Source: Negaprion brevirostris
Taxonomy: Eukaryota
NCBI GenBank assembly: GCA_030324005.1
Contig: JARDVH010000130.1
Coordinates: forward strand, 20,726,456-20,790,455
Direction of reading: 5' to 3'
Length of the DNA stretch: 64,000 bases
Shown here: positions 25,437-38,574 of the stretch, piece by piece
Layout of the letters: every line of letters starts with the position of its first letter
Position numbering within the stretch: position 1 is the stretch's first letter
Notes under the pieces: generated by a model
Seen by the model: only the letters and a program-made list of their open reading frames with translations
Told to the model about the DNA's origin: nothing
Database searches by the model: none
Program-made: the position numbers and the translations under genes

Positions 25437-25690
25437 GCAGGTACAGCACGGGGTTAGATACAGAGTAAAGCTCCCTTTACATTGTCCCCATCAAACACTC
25501 CCAGGATAGGTACAGCATGGGGTTAGGTACAGAGTGAAGTTCCCTCTACACTTGCCCCCATTATGCATTCCCAGGATAGGCACTACACAGGTTAGATACA
25601 GAGTAAAGTTCCCGCTATACTCCCCATCAAACACTCCCAGGACAGGTAAAACACGGGGTTAGATATAGAGTAAAGCTCCCTCTAAACTGT
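25437..25690. repeat. Minisatellite, ~66-70 bp unit, about 4 copies
   Basis: Unit ccaggacaggtacagcacggggttagatacagagtaaagctccctctacactgtccccatcaaacactc; copies start near 25437, 25501, 25571, 25637. Confidence 0.9.
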
Positions 25691-26100
25691 TTTAATAATT
25701 TATCTCTGGTACCAAATATGTGCACCTTCCTAAATGACACTTTTATATTTTGGACATTTTGTGGCCATAATGAGTAAGACTATCAAATTTTTGGTCAATT
25801 AAGAGTTGTTTCATGCTCACAGTAAACTGGATTGAGATAGCTGGCAAGGCTTGTATTTGTTGGCACAGGCTTTTATCAAAACACCTGGTGCTGGATTCAA
25901 ATTCATTTCCTTTGAGTGAAAGATCACTTTCTGAATCACAGCAGCACCCACTTCCCGAATAAACATTCTGAAATACTTAATGCCAATAATTCTGAGGGAT
26001 CACAAAAATAAGGGGAGGGGGAGTGAAATTTGGAAGAAGTTTATGTGTTAGTGAGGTATGAGTGTTGGATTAAATAAAGCAAAATCTGGTCAGAATCTCA

Positions 26101-26283
<183 letters not shown>

Positions 26284-26824
26284 TCAGCACTCACGCACAG
26301 CTTTACGGAACATACCATGTCTCTTCTTGTCCTTCACCTATCTCATGTCAAAGCCTCCCTGAACCCAACAGAAACCAACGCTGGAATTCTACCGCCCCGC
26401 CCTCCACAGAATCAGAGCGGATGAGGGCCGGACAACAGAAATGTCCATCTATCTCGGGTGGGAATTTTCAATCACACTCGAGTAAGCCTGTAATACCCCG
26501 CCCATCGTGTCATTCTTATTGCAGTCTAGACAGTTTTAACACATTCTCCCTTCCCTTCACTTCTAACAGAGAGTAAGCATTTGAAACAGTGGCTGGAATT
26601 TTACTGGCACACCTGCCCCGATTCTGGGGGTGGGGGTGACAGAACGGTATTCTCCATTGGCCTCGGGCAGGATGATATGAACCTTTGGCGGACGTGCCGG
26701 TAAAATTCTGTTCATTAAGTCTGTTTCTCTCCTAATACATACTAACAAACTTGCTGAAATTTTCGAACATCTTCCGTTCTTGAAACAGAGTGTGCGTTTT
26801 CTAGGAGGGACCTTAGAAACTTCC

Positions 26825-26932
26825 AACTGATCTCCCCCATTCTCATCTGATTCCCTCCCCCATCAGATCTCCCCCCCCCCGCCAAGTCCCATCAGATCTA
26901 CCCCCACCACTTCCATCTGATCACCCCCACTT
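26825..26932. repeat. C-rich short degenerate tandem repeat (ccatcagatctcccc-like)
   Basis: About six copies of catc(t/a)gatc plus C run. Confidence 0.6.
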
Positions 26933-27376
26933 GTCTTTTTATTCCCAGTCCAAACTTGCCCCATAATGAATTTGAGAGATTTATGCTGCATCTTTTTGTA
27001 TTCCATTCATTTGCAGGTTAATTCACCAAAGCAGATGTAATTATGCTTTTTCAAGTCTTGTACTGCCTTTTTCCTCTACAAAACAATGATAGCTACACTT
27101 TGAAAAGACTTATATAAATTCTCTAGAATGTACAGCACAGAAACAGGCCTGTAGGCCCAATCCGCACATGCTCCACACCAGTTCCCACTGTACTTATCTA
27201 CATATCCTTCTATTGCTTTCTTCCTCACGTGTTTATCTAGCTTCCCTTAACTGCATCCACATTATTATCCTCAAATATTCTAGGTGGGAACGAGCTCCAC
27301 AATCACACATTCTCAAAGAAGTTTCCCTTGAATTCCTTATAAGATTTATTACTGATGATCAGAAATTGATAACTGT

Positions 27377-27696
27377 AAGTTTAAGTTTGTTTTTAAGTTT
27401 ATTTATTAGTGTCACAAATTGGCTTACATTAACACTACAATGAAGTTACTGTGAAAATCTCCCAGTTGCCACACTCCGGTGCCTGTCTGGATACACCAAG
27501 GGAGAATTTAGCATGGCCAATGTACCTAACCAGCACATCTTTTAGACAGTGCGAGGAAACCAGAGCACCTGGAGGAAACCCATGCAGAGACGGGAGAATG
27601 TGTAAACTCCACACGGATAGTGACTCACAAAAGGAATCGAACCCAGGTCCCTGGTGCTGTGAGACAGCAGTGCTAATCCATTCTGCCACCGTGCCA
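27377..27696 (-). mobile_element. HE1-like V-SINE, tail B, inserted in an old CR1 tail
   Basis: Full head, V domain and tail; CR1-like sequence at ~27125-27340 and ~27720-27770. Confidence 0.9.
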
Positions 27697-28032
27697 TTTA
27701 GATCTCCTCCATATGTGGAAACATCTCCTCCTCCACTGCCTTACCAATCCTTCCATAACTTTAAGGCTGCCCTTGCCACACATGTGCAGATTCTTTGCCA
27801 CGCTTGCTCTTTTAGTGCAGGGCTGGATGCAAAGTTTTTAAACCTTGTGTAGATGAGCAGACAGGGAGAATTTGGTGATATTAGGTATGGGCAGTGGGAG
27901 TCAACAGCATTAAAGTTGTGATGTTAAATACGTTTAGATATTCAGTTTGTGTTCATTCCCCACATCCCCCAATACTTATATCATATACTACTGCCTTAGA
28001 TAGCTATAACATACACCTGCCTAGGTTTTTTT

Positions 28033-28379
28033 TTATTTGTTCATGGGATATAGCATCATTGGTTGGCTAGGTCAGCATTTATTGCCAATCTCTGAGGACA
28101 TTTAAGAGTCAACAACGTTGCTGTGACTCTGGAGTCCCATGTTGGCCAGACCAGGTAAGGATGGCAGATTTCCTTCCTGAAAGGACATTAGTGAATCTGA
28201 TGGGTTTTTACAACAATCGACAACGGTTTCATGGTCATCATTAGACTGTTAATTCCAGATTTCTATTGAATTCAAATTCCACCACCTGCCGTAGTGGGAT
28301 TCAAACCCTGGGTCCCCAGAGCATTGCCTTGGGTCTCTGAATTACTAGGCCAGTGACAACACCACTATGCCACTGCCTT
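28033..28379 (-). mobile_element. tRNA-derived SINE family B
   Basis: Colinear with 10120-10498. Confidence 0.85.
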
Positions 28380-29924
28380 CTTTTACATTTAGATTTTTAA
28401 ACAATTAAATCCATTTTTTTGCTTGATACAATGCTTCATGCAACAATTCTTCTGATGAACACTGTCCACATGAACTCTCAGTTGCCCCAGTGGTTAATGG
28501 TACATTGGGAGAAGTTGAGTGCAGGCTGCCTTCCAGGTAGTTTCTCGACTTCCTTCAGACTGCAGAAGTGGAACTTATATGCGACCTCACGTTTAAGGTC
28601 TGTTTCCTGTGGCTTAGACATATCAGGTATTTCCTCGACAATTCATAAAATCCTGTCACATTCAGCAATAAAATATAGGTGTTCAGTAATCACATACAAT
28701 TATTTTCTCATTTTCATGCTCAACTAAATTATCGTTTTAACTTTATATCAGTGTAAAATCGAGCTTGCTGCCAGACATTAAATATGGTATTTTGTAAGTT
28801 TAATTTACTCGGTGTTTCAGGTAACCTAGACAGCTCACTGTACATCGCTGAACATGGGAAGCTGAATTGGAAACACATTGAAAGTTGCTGAAAATATAAT
28901 TCTCTTCTAACTCATATCCTTTCAAAATACAGAGCACTTAAGCAAAATAAAGGATTTTCTCTTAGTAAGCACTGCGAGCTTTGATTTTTAATACTTTCCG
29001 ATTGCTATTTCTCAATGAATCTATAAGTCCCTTAGACGTAATGCATTCTCCCAAACTAATCCTGGATTAAAGGAATTCTCCAGCCTTTGATACATTCAAT
29101 TATTCTACACCACATACATCAATTTTCCAGGGTTTCCATGTTCTTCTGCTGAAGTTACAGTGCATGGATAGGATATTATCTCATGGGAATTCACTCCCTA
29201 TGTTTCAGACTATCAGTTTTCAAAACACTTTAAACAGTCACAGAATCACAAGCTACATAGAAAGGGAACTCCCATTTCGAACAGTATGCACCATAATCAT
29301 CTAATTGCCCTGTGAATAATCTTAAGGTGTCTGTCATCCTTACTGTTCCCAAACGTCTCTTTGAAATGTTCATAGAATTCCTACAGTGCAGAAGGTGGCA
29401 ACTCCACCCATCGAGTCTGCACCAACTCTATGAAAGAATATCTTACCCAAGCCCTCCCTCACCACTTCCCCATAACTCCATTCATTTACCATGGCCAATC
29501 CACCTAACCTGCACATCTTTGCTCAGTACTTTTTGTGTGAAGAAAATATTTTTGATATTAATTCTAAACTTCCTTTTCACCAATTTCAACAGGTGGGCCT
29601 CTTGTCTAATTGATATTGCATACTTTAAAGAATGGATCCATGTTTTCTACAATGTACACAGGTTTTCACATAGAATTCCAATATTTTCCAAGTGAGTCCA
29701 GAATGCAGAAAGTCCCAGAGACACTTATTACAGCCTAAAGTAATCAAATGTGTTTTTTCAGTGGTAAAACAAGCTTAAGTCAGAGTAAAGAAGTTACTCA
29801 AACTGCTAAAAAGACATTGAATGAATATAAAAATTCTAAACACAACTGTCCCTCATTGAGCCTTAATCTTTCCATTGCCACGGTCAAATATGTCCATGAC
29901 AACAGTGACTTCCAATTTTGAAAA

Positions 29925-30236
29925 TTTTAAAGTTTTTAAAGTTTATTTGTTAGTGTCACAAGTAGGCTTACATTAACACTGCAACAAAGTTACTATGAAA
30001 TTCCGTGGTCGCCACACTCTGACACCTGTTCAGGTACACAGGGAGAATTTAGCATGGTCGATGCATCTACTCAGCATGTCTTTTGGACTGTGGGAGGAAA
30101 CCGGAGCACTCGAAGGAAACCCACACAGATACGAGAGAACGTGCAGACTCTGCACCGGCAGTGACCCAAGCCAGAAATGGAACCCGGCTCTCTAGCGCTA
30201 TGAGACAGCAGTATTGACCACTGTGCCGCTGTGCTA
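29925..30236 (-). mobile_element. HE1-like V-SINE, tail B
   Basis: Colinear with 27377 copy. Confidence 0.9.
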
Positions 30237-30884
30237 CCTTGCAAAAACCTTCCCTTGTGAAAGTAACATAGGTTTTGTTAGAATTTCTTCCCGCAGACAT
30301 TCTAACTGCATGATCTCTTGAACTGTGAGCACATCTCCTCTGAAGGATACTTTTCCCTTTAAAGTTTAGTGAAATTAAATATCAAAATATAATGTATTTT
30401 TGCCCAGTTCTGATCTCACAGATACTCATATTTCCTTGTGATTGCAATACACCACTATAAAGTCTAACTTGGAGACCCTCTACAATAAAATGGGAGAAAC
30501 TGTTGATAACTTGCAGTCTTTTATTTTCATATCAAGCTCTACATTATGAAGAACAGCCCTTATTTTCAGTGATGCTTCATCGAATGGTAATTGTTGCACA
30601 ACGGAAGCAGGTAATTTCAACAATGAAGTGTGTGCCCATATGTTTCTTTACACGAGCAAAGGGAAACAGAGGATCAGTGGATGTATTTAATAAGGTATAT
30701 TTTGACTGAATCTGTTGAAAATGTTTACAATTAAGAAAGTGTATTGGATTCAGAGAATAGTCTGATCAGGGCAGAAGTTTTTATTGTCATCGTCAATCTA
30801 GATTACAGTGTAATACAGCTCAGCAATCTGTCTGCTTTGTTTTCTCCCTGATCCTCATTGACTTCAATTTTACTTGGGGTTCCT

Positions 30885-31372
30885 CAATGCTCAGATTTGG
30901 TCAAATGGTGTCTTGAAGTCACAGGCAGTCATTCTCATCTCACTTCTGAATTCAGCCCCTTAGTTCACGTTTGGAGCAAGGCTGCAATGAGGTCTGGAAC
31001 TACATGACAAAATGAAACAGTTGTGAGCAGGTCACTGGTAAGTAAGTGCCACTTGACAGCGCTATTGATAATGCCCCTCCCATTACCTTGCTCATTATGG
31101 AGAGTAGGTTGATGGTAGTTAGATGGATTGGATTTGTCCTGTTTTTTCTGGAAATACCTGGCCAATTTTTCCATTTTGTTGGGTAGATGCCCGTGCTGTA
31201 GTTGGACTGGAACAGCTTGGCTGGAAGCTGGAACATAAGGCTTCAGCACTATGACTGTAATCCAGGACACACAGCATTTTCTGTATCCAGTGCACTCACT
31301 CATTTATTGATATCACATGGAGTGAATCAATGTGTCTGAAGACTTGCATCAATGATGCTGAGGATCTCAGGG
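30885..31372 (-). mobile_element. Non-LTR retrotransposon (CR1/L2 group) RT fragment
   Basis: AKLFQSNYSTGIYPTKWK, KKQDKSNPSNY, INLLSIMSKVM across frameshifts. Confidence 0.8.
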
Positions 31373-32849
31373 TGAGATTGTGATATACAATAATTTTGGA
31401 TAGTTATTTGCGAATGTGATATATAATATTTAATTGAAGGTGATTAGAAATGCTTTAGCCTTGTTTCCTTGTATTAACATGGAAAAACAATGCAAAAATG
31501 TCTCAAGGCAGCACATTCAAACACAAACCTCAGTCCCCAGACCCCCTTTTAATTGTATGTCAGCACCGACAGTTCATCTTGTCCTGAATCCAGGTTGCTG
31601 CAAAAACATAAAGGCCACCTGGCCAATCGGCCCACCCGCCAACCAGAAAAGCAGATGGGCCACGTAAAATTACATTTAATTATCCCCTTAATGAACTAAA
31701 TTGCTTGCTTGATTGTCCACAGGTGTGCTTTTCACTCTCACATGTGCCCACTGACTGAAATATTACCTGAGGGCACTATGACAGTGAGACACATGCCAAA
31801 ATCTTTTTGTACAATTTCACGTGCTTTTGGCACATGCCCACCTGATCAATGTAAAGTTCTGGCCATTACGAATTTCAGTGACAATAAATATCGAGGTATG
31901 TATGTGCACATGGCAAATGCTGGACTGCCAACAAAAAATCCTCAGAGGCTGATTCTCACTTCTGTTCACTTTAGTAATGGAAAAACTGATCATTTATGAA
32001 ATATGTTGTTTGCTGCAACTTTGTAACCCCGTACTGATGATTGTCTGGCAGATTGGAATGAATGGGCAGTATCATCAGCCCAATTCTCCTCCCAACCCCT
32101 TATTGAATAGATCAATCCAGGGGTGTAAAATCTGCATGTCTGTATAATGCATGACGTTTTCCTAGTCCTGATGAAGCTATGGAAGTGGAGAGGGGAATGG
32201 GGAAATTCAGATAGGCTTGCATTGGGATGGCTCCCCAACACTAGTCCCCCTCTGGATACTTTACCACAGCTGACACATGAATTGTCAATCAGCTCCATCA
32301 ACAATTTTGCAAATTAAGGACCTACAAAGGGACCATTTTCTTAGCAACACAGTAGACCCCTGCTGAGTCCGGAGCCGGACTCCTTAGAAGGAGTCTTTTG
32401 GTGCATTCTCCTACTGATCCAAAGAAAGATCTACAAAAATCAGCACAACCGTGAGTGGAATCAGGAACTAGATATGAACCCAACCTTTGCTTGTATTCCA
32501 TGTTGGCAAGAATCTATCCAATATTCCAGCTGGGACCTGGCTGGTATATTTGAAACTTGGCAAAACTTCCTTAGAATTGTACTGTACAATTTTTTGTTCT
32601 TTATATTAATCAGATTAGTTGGCGGTTGAATGTCATATGTCCATACTTGCCTATTCAGGTAAGTGACTTAGAGACCTCTTTCCAGGTCTCTAAGTCAATT
32701 CCATTCAGTTTACGTCCATGAGCTTAATTTTTCAATTATTAGGCGCTTACATTTGTCTGTGTTACAATTTCTTTGCTATTTAACGGTCCAGTCAAATTTT
32801 TTTTGCTGCATCCTTTGTTGATGACACAAAAATAGGGAGACAATCTGGC

Positions 32850-33190
32850 ATGTTCACACAAAGTGTTGGCAGCTTTGTCATTTATGTAGTTTAGAAGTAA
32901 TGACGAATTCAAGTACTGATCCTCCAGAACAGTGTTCAATACCTCCTTCACGTCTCCTTATGAACACTCTCTATTCCCTTTTTCTTAATTCAGTCCCTTG
33001 TTCTATCTGGACTCCTGTGTCTTTTAACTTAATTCAGAAATCTGCAAGTGAAACTTTGTCAATGAGTTTGCGAGAATTCAAATAAACCAGATCATTACTC
33101 TGCAGTCTATTGTGTCTGTATCATTTTTGACAAAGTTTGTCAAAGTTTCCTTTTCTAAACCCGTGACAACTGTTTCTTATGAAGTCATCG
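32850..33190 (-). mobile_element. Ancient CR1 RT remnant
   Basis: NSCHGFRKG, DLVYLNSRKLIDKVS, GSVL...LLNYIND in correct order. Confidence 0.65.
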
Positions 33191-33879
33191 TAACACAGCC
33201 ACTGACGAGGGATGCCATTTCTGAGCGCAGCTACAAGTCCCGGGTAATGTGGAACTATTCCAAATGTTGCATGAATACCTCTTTCTGCTTTGCAGTGAAT
33301 ACGCCTGTGGTCCTTACTCTCTGCCACATATTGTAGTATTTTACAGTCAGTGATTTCCTTTCCCATCCATTTATCTCCAAGCATATTCATGCTGATTATG
33401 TTCAGGGAAAAGGCTGCAATCCCTCGGATGCAGGACAAATCAGTTCCTGAATTCATTTGTATCCTTCTCAGTCAGAACTTTTGACAGGAGTTTGATTCAC
33501 AGACAAGGATAAGCACTCAGGGTAGGGTTCACTGAACAATTATTCTAATGCATTGGAATAGTTTTTTTTAAATACATATTTAATTAACGTTAGAGCTCTG
33601 TGATGGTTGAATTTCTTTCCTTAGAACCCAGGTACCTGGCACTGCGAGGCAGCAGTGCTAATCACTGTGCCGTCCCAAGGTACAAAACCTTTGCCTCAAC
33701 AATAAGACGTGTATATGCAAGCTGCTCAAGTAGTTGCAAACGAAACAGATATGAAAGAGCAATGTGCTGCCCGGACAAAATGAAGAGCAGAATCTCTCCA
33801 TGTTCTATATATCAGGCCAACATAGATTCATGTTGTTAGTGCAGTCAACAGGGGAGAAGAAAGCGAGCTGGCCCAGCCT

Positions 33880-35400
33880 TGGGGTGGGTGCAGACAATTC
33901 ACCTGGTGATGGAGATTGCCAGGATACCTGAACAGCTGCCTGTTGTCAATGGTGAATCACAATTAGTAGGTGATGAAGGTGGTGTTGAAATCACCTTGGC
34001 ACATGTTGATAATGGTGGAAATTGTGCTGTTGGTTCACTGAGCACAAGGTGGCATTGGCATGTGAGCGACCGTAAGGTTTGGGTTACATCACATGATTAA
34101 GGCAATGGNNNNNATCAGAGTGTGCCTTCAAGACTATAACTCCTGTGTCTCACACAGCCCTAGGTCTGCTTGTTCACTACCCAGTACCCACCCAACCCCA
34201 CCCAATTCAGAAATGCAGAAGCCCCAGTCTGTAGGAGGTCCCCACTGGAGTTTTGCACAATCCTTCCACAATGCTCCTCCATGCCATATTGACCAAGAAG
34301 TAAGCATTCTGTCTCCACTCTTCTGAGGCAGCACAGGATAGGAGAGCATTGCAAAGGAGTGTGCGTGAGTGGGGGGCATTATCTCACCTCGGACACGAAT
34401 GGGTTCTCCATGGTTACACTCATCACATTACACATATGAGCACTTATGAATAGATCCACATACACTGATAGATGACCTTTTGTGTTTGTACGCTACAAAG
34501 CTCTGAAAGAATGGTAACATTTTTCAGGTATTCTTACCCGTGTGTTAGTGAAGGTATGCTGAGGTCCATCTTGAAGTGAAGCCATCTGAACAATCTTGTC
34601 ACCTCATTTGTGAGGCACTGGAGGACATCTTCCTTCTCTGATTTATCACATAACATTTCAGAAGTTCAAAGTGTCGAGCACTGAGATGCTCCTTGCATCT
34701 TTTATTGTCCATCCAAACTTGACTTTCGGAGCCTCAATAATAAGACTCCATGAACAGACACTCGGCAGTAGGGCCATCTCAAGCATGCACACTGAGTTCA
34801 AGGCACTCATCACACTGCACTGTAATGCATTGACCTAGATGTAATGCAGCTCAACAGGCTCTGTATGCTTCAGGGAACATTGCTTGTCTGCTGTGTCAAC
34901 TGTTTGGGCAGCATTTGCCTTCCAGGTGGCAGAGATTAACGGAAGCCTAGAATGTTGCACATGGCATCCGCCTGAGAAATGGGACCGCTGGCCAGAACGG
35001 ATAGTGCACAAGTTCTTTCACAAGTGCAGTTTTGGCCTCATCCTTATCTGCATGTTGGCCGACACAAACAATCCTATCAGCATGTACAGGATGTAAACTC
35101 TTTAAGTCTTGTCATTCTTAGCATTATAGATATGGTATGGTCATGGTTTGATTATGGACAGGTGGCAGTTTTGGTGCTGCATTTATAAACACTCTCACTT
35201 CTATGAGGGGGAGCCAAGTTGTGAAGCACTTCAGATCATGTGTATATTTGCAGTACGATAAGGCTCATAGTTATGATGGTGAGGCTTTAATGTGACTGAT
35301 TCAAACTCATTGTTGATTCTCTTCCCCAGAGTAATTGTGGGTTCAATGCAAAAGGTTCTTTAGTTGGAAGTTACTCACCAGTGATAGGCTGATGCAAGTG
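33880..35400 (-). mobile_element. Highly decayed Gypsy-type pol (RT-RNase H) remnant
   Basis: Ordered traces on minus: DEAKTAL (D.EKTAF), GLIIEAPKS (GL.LN..KC), AMLSYP, GGAL, QHVP; many frameshifts. Confidence 0.45.
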
Positions 35401-35429
35401 TGAAATTGAGGCATTTTATGTAACTATAT

Positions 35430-36330
35430 TTTACACATCAGGCAATGATGCCCTCCTACACAGAAACAGCCCTGCTCTATGACCATGCCTCCGAACTGCT
35501 TTGCGATTGCCAGTCTCCTCATTCTCCTCCATGTGAGAACTGTCAGAATAGACAAGGGCTTCTTCCTCCAACTCCTCCTCAGAGGCTTGAGCTGTTGTTA
35601 CACACTGCTTCAGTTTGAGGGGTCCTAGAGGGGGTATCAGCCAACTCTGTTGTCCCCTAGATGCCAATCATATTTCTGCGTTGGTGATGGATATAACTGA
35701 GAGAGTTGGGAACATTTTAGTATGAAGGGATTATGGCAACACACATATGGAGGAAGACTTTGTTGTTGTCACAAATCACCTGGACGTTGAGTAAAGGGGA
35801 AGGACTTTCAGTTGAAGGTGTCTGACACTGAATTAGAGTCTTTTTGGTGAAAAATAACACCCTGTACCTGCTTGTTGGGCAAAAGCCGTGACTTTCTGCA
35901 TCTGACACACAAAATCAACAGGAAAATTAATGTGATCCCTTACATTTAAAAACAGGGCTTTAGTTAGAGCCTTAATGCAGCTTTGTGTTGTTGACTGGGA
36001 TATGCCAGACAGATCTCCTGCTAGACGCTGGAAAGAGCCTGAGGCATTAACATTGAGAGTGACGTTTACCTATATGGCCACCGGCAGGGCTGGAGGTTAA
36101 TAGACTGTGACTCAAGCTGGTGCTGTACCATGCATTAAACATTTGTCACCACCTCCCAGCTTAGCCTCCATCACCTTTGGCACTGCTTCTCCGTCATATT
36201 AAGGTATTGTGTCCTAAGTCTGAACACCTTTCCCACAAGATAGTGGCTGGTTGTTCTGCCTCTCCTTCTCCTTCCTGGTGCTGGTTGTGCTGCCTCTTCC
36301 TCCTGATCTACTGTCCTCCATGTGGCTGCT
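35430..36330 (-). mobile_element. PIF/Harbinger transposase (HARBI1-like) remnant
   Basis: VFRLRTQYLNMTEKQCQR, ALPVAI.VNVTLNVNASGSFQRLAGDLSGISQST..SCIKALTKALF, LNVQVICD, WLIPP, acidic tail. Confidence 0.85.
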
Positions 36331-36369
36331 CTTCATTGTTCTAAGGGTGTTTGGTTACAAAATGTGTCT

Positions 36370-36590
36370 GTCGTAGTAAGATTTTGTAGCCTTCTATGTG
36401 TTGACAGCAAGTCTTTGTTAATTAATTACAACTATGTGCAAATGTATAGTCAAGGGTACAGGCATGAAGCTATCTCTATCTCGAGATCTTAACATGTTAC
36501 TGACCAACACCATGCTGACCCAAGGTCTAGGTCGTATGACTTCTTACATCAGTGTGTGGGTAGTACGGTACTCAGCCCCGTTTTAATATA
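36370..36590. mobile_element. Probable solo LTR fragment
   Basis: Starts TGT; internal cttacatcagtgtgtgggtagtacggtactcag resembles shark Gypsy LTRs as recalled. Confidence 0.35.
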
Positions 36591-36779
36591 GAAAGAAACC
36601 CTACTTCTTTTATGATCTTTGTGCGTGAAGAGGCCATACCCACTTTGTAACTTCCTCTTCGTACAAAGTGTAATTTGCCCTCCCAAGCATAAAGTTCTTT
36701 CTGACACTGGGTGAATGGGAGCAAACAAAAAACTGCCCTGTGAATCCAGCTGACCTACCCTTCTACATCAAGTTAAGGG

Positions 36780-37118
36780 CAAATCATTGAGGATGCTGGA
36801 ATCTGAAACAAGAAAAGAAAATGCTGGAAAATCTAAGCAGGCCTGTCAGCATCTATGGTGAACGAATGGAACAAACGTTTTAGACTCAAAAGTTTTAAGT
36901 TTATTAAATAGTGTCGCAGGTAGGCTTAAATTACCACTGTGAAAATTGCCTAGTCACTACACTCCAGCACCTGTTTGGGTGCACTGAGGGAGAATTTAGC
37001 ATGGCCAGTGCATTGAACCAACATGTCTTTCCGACTGTAGCAAAACATTAGCTCTATTCTTTCTGCACAGATACTGTCAAACCTGCTGAGATTTTCCAGC
37101 ATTTTCTGTTTTTGGTTT
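36780..37118. mobile_element. Inverted-repeat (probable PLE-derived) element split by a tail-B SINE fragment (36889-37037, minus)
   Basis: gaaaatgctggaaaatctaagcagg (36818) and cctgctgagattttccagcattttc (37082) are reverse complements. Confidence 0.7.
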
Positions 37119-37675
37119 CCTTGCAAGCCTTGGGTTAAAAATAGGACTGTTTTTTTCGCCAATTCTGGGGCAGTGAAGACATGTTTACATCTAATTTCAC
37201 TTCTGCAAAGGGGGCACCTCTGGCTATTCAAAGAAATGCATGAAATTCAGACTTGCTCCTACCAGGTTCACTCTGCACACATTAGGTTTCCAACACGTGT
37301 GGACCCCAATTCCAGCTTGAGTGGAGGCTATTGCTGCTTTGTGTGGGAAGTTGCCTCCGTAAAATGTGCACTCCCTCTCCCACCCCTGTGAAAATGGTAG
37401 CTACTATGTTTGGGGGCAGATTTCTGGGTGCATCTGCCATTTTTGCAATGACAGTGAGGTTCTTCATTGTTCTGAAAATCCAAGCCTCGTGATTGTTGCG
37501 TAAGTAAACAATTTCACATGATTGGTTCCATCCCATTGCTGAAGTCTCACCTGTTGCATTATGATTCATATATTCCATGATAATCAATGATATTATTCTC
37601 AGTAAAAAGCACAACATTTCAGTAAATAAAATAGCTGTGTTATTTTACTACTTTTACTTCTCTTGATGGCATTAT

Positions 37676-37892
37676 TAAATTTTTAAAGTTTATTTCTTAG
37701 TGTCACAAGTAGCTTACGTTAATACTGCAATGATGTTACTGTGAAAATCACTGAGTTGCCACACTCCGACACCTGTTTGGGTACACTGAGGGAGAATTTA
37801 GCATGACATTTAGCGCTTAGCCAGTACATCTTTTGGACTGTGGGAAGAAACCAGAGCACCTGGAGAAAACCTACACAGACATGCAGAGAATG
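37676..37892 (-). mobile_element. HE1-like V-SINE, tail B, 5' truncated
   Basis: Tail and V domain match. Confidence 0.85.
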
Positions 37893-38574
37893 TCAGATAA
37901 TATATAGATACTCATTTTTGAGAATCATATGTAAAGCATGCCCACCTGATTCAGGCTGTTGATGATCTTTGAAGATATTCTGTGTTATTAGTCCCAGCCT
38001 GCAAGAGAGAGCAAAAGCTCACGTGGTGATCAGATGGGGCAGAAAAGTTCTGGTTCAGTTCTAAGTAATTCCTCAGCCAGTCATTTGTCTTCATAAAAGC
38101 AGAGAAATAACACCGCCAAGATTTCAAACATAAGAATAAAGCAATGCAATGTAGAGACAAAAGCAATTTCACCTGGCCCATTTATAAAATAAATCATTAT
38201 TGTCTAATGCTGATTGTAATGGTTTCAAAATTGAACTCATTGGAAACTGCACTGATTGGAAATCCTTCTCCTATCACCAAAAGGATAAAACAGAAGAAGT
38301 CAGATTAAAAGTGTGCATTGAGTACCCAATGGTCAGTTGATTTAAAGCACATTAAACTCGAATGTGAAAAAATACATTGCTAAATTTTCCAGTTCACAGT
38401 CTCTAGTAAAACATTGATAGCATGGAGACATTCTCCAATTAAGGAGTTTGGTAACACTACTTGATATTCACAGTAGCAGAAACAATACAGCAAAAAAAAA
38501 CATATTAGAACAATATTGAATTTAATTCAAATACTTAAATGCACTTCACACAATTTAAATGTTAGCTTTATCTT

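Noticed and set aside
25437-25690. CRISPR-like periodicity
   Set aside because: Whole units repeat with no unique spacers; vertebrate DNA with no cas genes
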